Assembly: GCF_019464535.1 (NCBI RefSeq)
Contig: NZ_CP080507.1
Location: 30,001-62,000, forward strand
Origin: Horticoccus luteus
GTDB lineage: Bacteria > Verrucomicrobiota > Verrucomicrobiia > Opitutales > Opitutaceae
DNA length: 32,000 bases
Direction: 5' to 3'
Shown here: in pieces, positions 1 to 6,426 of the stretch
Layout of the letters: each line of letters begins with the position of its first letter
Position numbering within the stretch: position 1 is the stretch's first letter
Notes under the pieces: generated by a model
Database searches by the model: none
Told to the model about the DNA's origin: nothing
What the model saw: only the letters and a program-made list of their open reading frames with translations
Made by a program: the position numbers and the translations under genes

Positions 1-2
1 TA

Positions 3-1130
3 ACGAAGGCGCAGCGCTCGATCCTGGAGAAACGCTACCTCGCGGCGTTACGCCTGCACCTCGACGCGGACAACTCTGCGGACCGTCGTCGCGCGCGAGC
101 GCTGGGCAAAAAAATGCTCGCCCATGGATTTTGCCCGCTCGAACTCGCCGCCCTCCACCACCGCGCAATGATGGCGTTGCCCGATTCCACTCAGGCGCGT
201 CCGGCCATGATGAAGGCCGCCGGGTTCTTTTTCGCTGACGTGCTGGTGCCGCTCGGCAGCGGTCAACGCCCCGTGCGCGAGGCCACTCGGCAATTGTTGC
301 AACGCAATCGGATGTTGGAGCGGCACACGGCGGCTTTGAGGCGAAGCAACCGCAAGCATGAGTTGGAGATAGCGCGGCGCAAAGCCGGTGAAGTAAAGAT
401 CGAGCAGGCGAGGCGGCGTTACCGAAGTCTCTTCCTGGAGTCGCAGATCATGCAGCACAAGCTGCGACGTCTGACCCGGCAGATCATCGCGGCTCAAGAG
501 GAAGAGCGCAAACGCATCAGCCGGGAGCTGCATGATGAAGTCGTGCAGACGCTGGTTGGCATCAATGTCGAACTAGCGGCCTTGGGCCACGGGGTGTTCG
601 GGAATACTCAAATTCTGAAGCAAAAAATCGCCCGCACTCAACGGCTGGTGGCGCATTCCGTCAGCGCAGTCCACCGGTTCGCCCGCGAACTGCGACCGGC
701 GGTGCTGGATGATTTGGGGCTGATCCCCGCGCTGGAGTCCTTCAGTCACCGCTTGGCGGCTCGGAAGAAGATGACCATCAAGATTACGGCGTTTAGCGGT
801 GTGGAAGCGCTGAGCATTGCACGGCGGACGGTGTTGTTTCGGGTGGCTCAAGAAGCACTGAACAACGTGGCCCGCCACGCTGAGGCCACGGCCGTCCGCC
901 TCGATATCTGGCCGTCGGCGGACCTCATCCAGATGGAAATCAGCGACAATGGAAAATCGTTCCCCGTGAAGAAAACGCTGCTCGCTCGAAACAATAAGCG
1001 GCTGGGCTTGGTGGGCATGCGAGAACGCATTGAGATGATCGGTGGGCGCCTCGTGATCGAATCCGCTTCCGGCACCGGAACCACGGTCCATGCCGAGATT
1101 CCGTTCAAAACCCAACTTCCCAAACCATGA
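3..1130 (+). CDS. Sensor histidine kinase, HisKA_3 + HATPase_c type (partner of NarL-class regulators); 5' end lies outside the window
   Basis: The frame is open from the window edge, with no stop between nt 3 and the ATG at 114. The upstream peptide 'ILEKRYLAALRLHLD..' looks like part of the same N-terminal helical (RsbU_N-like) domain. H-box 'ELHDEVVQTL', N-box 'EALNNVARHA', G-boxes 'DNGKSF', 'GLVGMRER', 'SGTGTTV'. No obvious TM segment in the visible part. The stop overlaps the next start (ATGA, 1127-1130). Confidence 0.85.
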   Translation, partial: TKAQRSILEKRYLAALRLHLDADNSADRRRARALGKKMLAHGFCPLELAALHHRAMMALPDSTQARPAMMKAAGFFFADVLVPLGSGQRPVREATRQLLQRNRMLERHTAALRRSNRKHELEIARRKAGEVKIEQARRRYRSLFLESQIMQHKLRRLTRQIIAAQEEERKRISRELHDEVVQTLVGINVELAALGHGVFGNTQILKQKIARTQRLVAHSVSAVHRFARELRPAVLDDLGLIPALESFSHRLAARKKMTIKITAFSGVEALSIARRTVLFRVAQEALNNVARHAEATAVRLDIWPSADLIQMEISDNGKSFPVKKTLLARNNKRLGLVGMRERIEMIGGRLVIESASGTGTTVHAEIPFKTQLPKP

Positions 1131-1810
1131 TCCCTGTCCCACCCACTCGTGTCCTCCTCGCGGAAGATCACGCCATCGTGCGCCAAGGCCTCTGCGCACT
1201 CCTCAACTCCGACGGGCGTTTCATCATCGTGGGCGAGGCCCGGACCGGCCGGGAAGCGGTCGAGATGGCGCGCGACCGCCTCCCCGATGTCATCCTGATG
1301 GACATCGCGATGCCGGTGCTCAACGGCCTGGAGGCCACGCGGCAAATTTTGTCGGCGAACCCGGCGGCCAAGGTGATCATCCTCTCCGCGCACAGTGACG
1401 ATGCCTACGTCGAACGTGTGACCGAAGCCGGCGTCGTCGGATTTTTGGAGAAACAGACCTCGGCCGATGTCCTCACCAAGGCGATCTGCGAGGTCGCCCA
1501 AGGCGCCACCTTCTTCAGTCCGGCGATTGCACGCCGCCTCACCGCCATGAAGCCGGCGCCGAATCGTGACGGCGTGGTGCGACCGCGTGCCCACCGCCTC
1601 ACGGCGCGCGAATCCGAAGTCCTGCAGCTCGTTGCCGAGGGCTCGACCAATAAACAGATCGCGGCCCGACTCGCGATCAACATCAAGACCGTGGAGAAAC
1701 ACCGCGAGCACCTGATGACGAAACTCGCCATCCATGACACCGCCGGCCTCACTCGCTATGCAATTTCCGCGGGCGTCATCGAAAGCAGTGTACAGTTAAC
1801 GATCACATGA
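1127..1810 (+). CDS. Response regulator, NarL/FixJ family (REC domain + LuxR-type HTH)
   Basis: REC motifs 'VLLAEDH' and 'VILMDIAMP'. C-terminal 'LTARESEVLQLVAEGSTNKQIAARLAINIKTVEKHREHLMTKL' is a classic GerE/LuxR HTH. ATGA overlap with the upstream kinase gene. Confidence 0.9.
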   Translation: MIPVPPTRVLLAEDHAIVRQGLCALLNSDGRFIIVGEARTGREAVEMARDRLPDVILMDIAMPVLNGLEATRQILSANPAAKVIILSAHSDDAYVERVTEAGVVGFLEKQTSADVLTKAICEVAQGATFFSPAIARRLTAMKPAPNRDGVVRPRAHRLTARESEVLQLVAEGSTNKQIAARLAINIKTVEKHREHLMTKLAIHDTAGLTRYAISAGVIESSVQLTIT

Positions 1811-2357
1811 GGCGCAGGGCTGGCCGGGCTCCGGCCCGTCCGCCCCGTGGGGGCAAATTGGGGGACGCAGCTCCGCGTGGAACAAACGGTGGTTCGTTGA
1901 GCGCGGGCACTCCGCAGCCAGTCGTGCGCAGGGCCGAGGGCTGCCGGTGAGTCCGCGCCGCGAGGCTCACTCACGCTGCTGCGACCTCAGCTTTCCGGTT
2001 TCACGTTTCGGCCTGTAGGTTCGTGCCGCTCCGTGCGGCCGGCACCTAACGCGCCGACGTCTGTGTGAACAGGATGGTACACACGTTTCGCATGTAGGTG
2101 GTGGCCCGCGACGACGACCGCGTTGAGTCCGATCTTATCCACCTGTACACCGGAGAGCGCCGCGCTCGGCGCGCGCCTGGAGGAATGAGGCGCGCGGTGG
2201 CCTGCCCGTTGCTCCTGCGCACGGGCGGGCGGGTAACACCTAATAGAAGCTTCCCCCGATTTGTGCGACTCTGCGGCTGGGTTGCGCAGTGGGGCCACCC
2301 CTTTGGGCCCGCTCCACTCCGCTGGCCGCACTCCTTCCTCAACTAGAAAATACTTTC

Positions 2358-5141
2358 ATGAAATTCAGCACCATCGTACTCGCGGCCCTTGCAGGCTTCT
2401 CAGCCGTCACGGCCCGGGCCAACAATATGGCGTCCATCGCCATCGCGCCCTCCACCGGCGCTGTCACGCTCACTCCTCGGTGGGCCATCGGCGGCAACCT
2501 CGCCGGCTTTCATGCGATGGCCCAGGATCTGTCGCTCGGCGGCGGCGCCAACCAATTCTACTCGATCAAGAGCACGGCGATTCCTGCCGGCGGCGATATC
2601 GCCGCCTTCACGCACTACATCGCCGCAAGCGGCGCGGCGACCAATCACGCGGATATCGGCAGCAAGCTCACGCCGGATTCCTATTCGGCCCTGACCTCGG
2701 CCGATCCCGACATCGGCTATGGCTCGGTCAATTTCTACCTGATCCATCACAAAGTATCCGGCGACTACTTTACAGTGATTGTGCCTAGTTCGGGCACCGC
2801 CTCGGCCGTGACGGACCTCAAGCCCATGTCCGGGCCCGGTGGGCCGGCAACATTGGGCGCGAGCGGTTACTTCGGCCTGACCTACGCGGCCAGCAATCTG
2901 GGCTATGGCCTCAACCGCTTTTACTACCTCCGCACCGATTCGGTCACGGGCTTCGCCACCTTCGGCGTGCTCGATCCCGCGTTGCTCGGCACCTCCGCCG
3001 ACAAGTTCGACCTCGGCGCCCCCGGCTATAATGCCCTGACCTTCACCGGCAGCGACGTCGGCTACGGCGTGGACAAGATGTATTACCAGCGACTGGATCC
3101 GATCACGGGCTTCACCATCATGGGCACGCTCGACCCTTTGACGGGCCGCACGGCGGACATCGCCAATCTCGGCAGCGTTTACTCGACGCTCGATTTCGTC
3201 CCGGGTGACCTGGGCTTCGGCAGCGGTGATTTCTACGCGACCGGCGCGATCAACCCGACCTGGCAATCCGTGAGTTTTGCCGCGATCGCCGATCGTCTGA
3301 TCAGCGCTGGTTCGTTTACGGTCCAGCCCTCGACCAGCTCCACGCTGCCGATCGCCCTCACCGTGGTGCCCGGCTCCATCGGCGCCGCGTCGATCAGCGG
3401 CCCTGTGGCCGGTGTCTTCACGATCACGCCCACCGCCCCCGGCCTCATCACGCTGCAGGCCACGCAAGCCGGGCAACTCGCGCCGATCGCCTACGAGTTC
3501 AACATGCTGCGGCAGAGTTTCACGATCACCGGCGCGGCGATCCTCGCAATCACCACGCAGCCGACTTCGCAAAGTGCCGTCACGGGCACCACGGCCAATT
3601 TCTCTGTCACCGCCAGCGGCACGACGGCGGTCACCTACCAATGGCGCAAAGCCGGCGCCAACATCACCGCCAATACGTCGGCCACCACGGCGACGCTCGC
3701 GCTGACCAATGTGCAGGCCACCGATGCGGCGAGTTACGACGTCGTGGTTTCGAACCAGTCCGGCTCGATCATCAGCAATGCGGTGACGCTCACCGTGGAC
3801 TCGCCGGCCCCCGTCATCTCGAATAATCCGCTGACAGCGGCCGGCACCGTCGGCACGCCGTTCAGCTTTACGATCACCGCTTCGGGGTCGCCGACCAGCT
3901 ACACCGCCGCGCCCTTGCCGGCCGGCATGAGCATCGCCGCCGCGACCGGCGTGATCACCGGTTCACCCACGGCGGCCGGCACGACCAACGTGCTGCTGGG
4001 CGCCACCAACGCGATCGGCACGGGCCACGCCACGCTGACGATCACCGTCGCCGCCGCGGGCGTCGCCCCGATCATCACCAGCGCAACCACCGCTGCGGGC
4101 GAGGTGGGGACTTCTTTCGTCACCTACTTCATCGCGGCGACCGGGTTGCCGACGAGTTACTCTGCCACCGGACTGCCTGCAGGATTAACGCTCGACCACC
4201 TCACTGGCGCGATCAACGGCACCCCGACGGTCGCGGGCACAGCCGTCGTCACGCTTCAAGCCACCAACAGCGTCGGCACCGGCACGGCTGTCCTCACAAT
4301 GGTAATCGATGCCGGAGCTTCGAGCCGGATTGTGAATTTCTCCGCGCGTGCCATCTCCGGCCCCGGCGCCCAAACACTCATTGTGGGAGTCGTCGTGGCG
4401 GGTGGCGCGAAGCATGTTCTCTTGCGCGGCGTCGGACCGGCCCTGGCCGCCTATGGCGTCACCAACACCCTCGCGGACCCGATGCTTGCGCTCTATGACG
4501 CCAGCGGTGTCGTGGCTTCGAACGACGACTGGCAGATCAATCTCAACGGTCTGCCCAACGGACCCCTGATCGCGTCCACCGCTCTCGAACTCGGCGCGTT
4601 TCCGCTGCCCAATGGAAGCAAAGACTCGGCGCTCCTTGCCACGCTTACCGCCGGCGTTCACACGACGAGCATGGTTCGCCCGAACAGCACCACGGGCGTC
4701 GCCCTCACGGAAATTTACGATACCGACACGGCCCTTGGTTCCCGTCTGGTCAACGTCTCCGCGCGCATGAATGTCGGTCTGGGCGAAGGCTCCCTTATCG
4801 CCGGTCTGGTGATCGCTGGCAACGCGCCGAAAACCGTCCTGTTCCGCAGCGTCGGCCCGACCTTGTCCACCTTCGGCGTGGCGGGCGTGCTGGCCGACCC
4901 GATGATTGCGGTTTACGCGAACAACGTACTGGTCGCCAGCAATGACAACTGGGACGCCGGCGGCCTCGGCGTCGCGCAGATCATCGCGACGTCGGCGCAG
5001 GTGGGTGCCTTCCCCTTGGCCGCGGGCAGCAAGGATGCCGTGCTCCTCCTTACGCTCGCCCCCGGCTCCTACACGGTGCAAGTCACCGGCGTAGCGGGCA
5101 CCACGGGCGTCGCACTCGTCGAAGTGTACGACGCGCAATAA
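2358..5141 (+). CDS. Secreted multi-domain Ig-repeat (adhesin-like) protein
   Basis: The ATG at 2358 gives a signal peptide 'MKFSTIVLAALAGFSAVTARA'; the track ORF starts earlier, at 2289. An Ig-like module ('ITTQPTSQSAVTGTTANFSVTASGTTAVTYQWRKAG...ASYDVVVSN') is followed by two putative-Ig/dystroglycan-type modules ('PFSFTITASGSPTSYTAAPLPAGMSIAAATGVITGSPT' and 'YFIAATGLPTSYSATGLPAGLTLDHLTGAINGTPT'), then a duplicated C-terminal domain. Confidence 0.85.
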   Translation: MKFSTIVLAALAGFSAVTARANNMASIAIAPSTGAVTLTPRWAIGGNLAGFHAMAQDLSLGGGANQFYSIKSTAIPAGGDIAAFTHYIAASGAATNHADIGSKLTPDSYSALTSADPDIGYGSVNFYLIHHKVSGDYFTVIVPSSGTASAVTDLKPMSGPGGPATLGASGYFGLTYAASNLGYGLNRFYYLRTDSVTGFATFGVLDPALLGTSADKFDLGAPGYNALTFTGSDVGYGVDKMYYQRLDPITGFTIMGTLDPLTGRTADIANLGSVYSTLDFVPGDLGFGSGDFYATGAINPTWQSVSFAAIADRLISAGSFTVQPSTSSTLPIALTVVPGSIGAASISGPVAGVFTITPTAPGLITLQATQAGQLAPIAYEFNMLRQSFTITGAAILAITTQPTSQSAVTGTTANFSVTASGTTAVTYQWRKAGANITANTSATTATLALTNVQATDAASYDVVVSNQSGSIISNAVTLTVDSPAPVISNNPLTAAGTVGTPFSFTITASGSPTSYTAAPLPAGMSIAAATGVITGSPTAAGTTNVLLGATNAIGTGHATLTITVAAAGVAPIITSATTAAGEVGTSFVTYFIAATGLPTSYSATGLPAGLTLDHLTGAINGTPTVAGTAVVTLQATNSVGTGTAVLTMVIDAGASSRIVNFSARAISGPGAQTLIVGVVVAGGAKHVLLRGVGPALAAYGVTNTLADPMLALYDASGVVASNDDWQINLNGLPNGPLIASTALELGAFPLPNGSKDSALLATLTAGVHTTSMVRPNSTTGVALTEIYDTDTALGSRLVNVSARMNVGLGEGSLIAGLVIAGNAPKTVLFRSVGPTLSTFGVAGVLADPMIAVYANNVLVASNDNWDAGGLGVAQIIATSAQVGAFPLAAGSKDAVLLLTLAPGSYTVQVTGVAGTTGVALVEVYDAQ
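2682..3245 (+). repeat. Intragenic protein-level repeats (about 45 aa) with the signature Y..LT....(L/V)GYG...FYY.R.D..TGF...G.LDP
   Basis: Four recognisable units: 'YSALTSADPDIGYGSVNFYLI', 'YFGLTYAASNLGYGLNRFYYLRTDSVTGFATFGVLDP', 'YNALTFTGSDVGYGVDKMYYQRLDPITGFTIMGTLDP', 'YSTLDFVPGDLGFGSGDFYATG'. Confidence 0.6.
4320..5135 (+). repeat. Tandem duplication of a C-terminal domain of about 135 aa within the adhesin-like gene
   Basis: Copy A begins 'SSRIVNFSARAISGPGAQTLIVGVVVAG..LLRGVGPALAAYGV..LADPMLALYD...SNDDW...GAFPLPNGSKDSALL..L..G...TTGVALTEIYD'. Copy B (from 4737) begins 'GSRLVNVSARMNVGLGEGSLIAGLVIAG..LFRSVGPTLSTFGV..LADPMIAVY...SNDNW...GAFPLAAGSKDAVLL..L.PGSYT...TTGVALVEVYD'. Confidence 0.8.
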
Positions 5142-5158
5142 AATCACTCGGCCAACGA

Positions 5159-5186
5159 CGGGCTCGCGATATTCGCGAGCCCGTTT
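5159..5186 (+). terminator. Probable intrinsic terminator of the adhesin-like gene
   Basis: Perfect hairpin 'cgggctcgcga-tat-tcgcgagcccg' starts 18 nt after the stop and is followed by 'ttt'. A second hairpin, ggcgga/tccgcc (5190-5207), and a T7 run (5219-5225) follow. Confidence 0.55.
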
Positions 5187-5544
5187 GCCGGCGGATCTCG
5201 CTCCGCCAGCCGTTCGACTTTTTTTCTAGAGGCTCACCTGCGACCATCGATCGAGCGACTGGCGGCAGGTCCATCTTCTCCCGGCTTGGAGGCCGGCGAT
5301 CAGGGTGAAGACTGTGGCCAAGCTCCTCAGCGAAGCGGCGGCCGAGGGTCGGAAGTCGGCGAAATCTCGACTTCGACAAACCGATTGGGAGACATTGAGG
5401 CAGGGAGTGCGATGTTGGTTATGCCCGTCCATGGCGAATTGACCGAACCCGTGAATTGGGACGGCGGGGATTAAGGGCTCGGCGGTGGAAATTGAGAACC
5501 GTGCTTGACCCGGTGCGCTTGATTGACGGCCTTCGTCCGATGCT

Positions 5545-5573
5545 TTGAATCGGCCGGCCGACTTTGATATAAA
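5545..5573 (+). promoter_or_regulatory. Candidate sigma70-type promoter for the LuxR-family gene
   Basis: TTGAAT (5545-5550), a 17-nt spacer, then TATAAA (5568-5573), 15 nt upstream of the ATG at 5589. Sequence match only, and it implies a very short leader. Confidence 0.3.
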
Positions 5574-5588
5574 AGCGCCGCGTCGCTG

Positions 5589-6350
5589 ATGCCGATCGAC
5601 CCCAACACTTGGCAGCAATTACTCCACACGGTGTTCGAAATGAATGCCTCGGGGTGCCGCACGGCGTTTAGCGAGACGGTGGTCACGGGGCTGAGCGAGA
5701 TGATCGCAGCGGACGTGATTGTCTTCCACGTCCTCGATACGAAGTCGCAGCGCATCCTCACGCACATGAGGCCGCCCTCGCCTTATACCGACGAGGAGAT
5801 CGCTTATTACGCGGCGCATTCCGGCGAACATCCCATCGGAGCCCACTACCTTCGCCACCCCGAGGCCGGGGCGCTGCGCGTTTCCGATGTCATCGGCGAG
5901 GAGGAATGGCTGGCGAGTGAGTATTACCGCACGTGTCTCCAGCGTCTGGGACTCGTTCACAGCCTGGTGCTGCCGGTGAAGATCGACCGTTCCGTCGTCG
6001 TGGCGTTGTCCTTCAGTCGTCGCGCGCCGGATTTCACGAAGGAGGATTGTGTGCTGCTCGATGCGTTCGGCCCGCATTTGCGCCTCGCGTGGCGGCAGCA
6101 CGAAAACCCGTGGGCCGACCGCCGCGAGTTGAAATGTCGCCGGCGCCTGCAGGATCTCGGCCTCTCGCCGCGCGAGAGCGAGGTGCTCTTCTGGATGACC
6201 GAGGGCAAGGTGAACCGGGAGATCGCGACCCTGCTCGGACTCAGCCTCGGCACGGTGCAGGATTACGTCTCGTATATCCTCGCCAAACTCCAGTTGGAAA
6301 ACCGGCACGCCGCGACGGTCTTTGCCATCAACCGCCTCCGGCCGCAGTAA
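5589..6350 (+). CDS. LuxR-family transcriptional regulator (N-terminal sensory, GAF-like domain + C-terminal HTH); no partner kinase adjacent
   Basis: C-terminal 'LSPRESEVLFWMTEGKVNREIATLLGLSLGTVQDYVSYILAKLQLENRHAA' is a GerE/LuxR HTH. The N-terminal 180 aa have no REC motifs. Confidence 0.8.
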   Translation: MPIDPNTWQQLLHTVFEMNASGCRTAFSETVVTGLSEMIAADVIVFHVLDTKSQRILTHMRPPSPYTDEEIAYYAAHSGEHPIGAHYLRHPEAGALRVSDVIGEEEWLASEYYRTCLQRLGLVHSLVLPVKIDRSVVVALSFSRRAPDFTKEDCVLLDAFGPHLRLAWRQHENPWADRRELKCRRRLQDLGLSPRESEVLFWMTEGKVNREIATLLGLSLGTVQDYVSYILAKLQLENRHAATVFAINRLRPQ

Positions 6351-6426
6351 GCGCAACGAGCTCACGCGGGGGGGCGTTATCCGCGCGCGACGCGAGGGCG
6401 CATTCGGCTCGGCGCGCTCGGTCTTG

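Noticed and set aside
848-1735. 295-aa minus-strand ORF overlapping the kinase and regulator genes. Similar long antisense or alternative-frame ORFs include 2400-3641(-), 4185-5147(-), 5619-6365(-), 7771-8916(+), 10274-11131(-), 11928-13379(-), 13723-14832(-), 15897-16934(-), 17702-18595(-), 18763-19635(-), 19505-20548(+), 20403-21530(+), 21658-22947(-), 23956-25149(-), 26226-26990(-), 29561-31195(+) and 31146-31916(+).
   Set aside because: All overlap genes with clear family motifs on the other strand or frame. All have Arg/Pro/Gly/Ala-dominated low-complexity translations and no recognisable motifs, which is the expected open-frame artefact in DNA this GC-rich.
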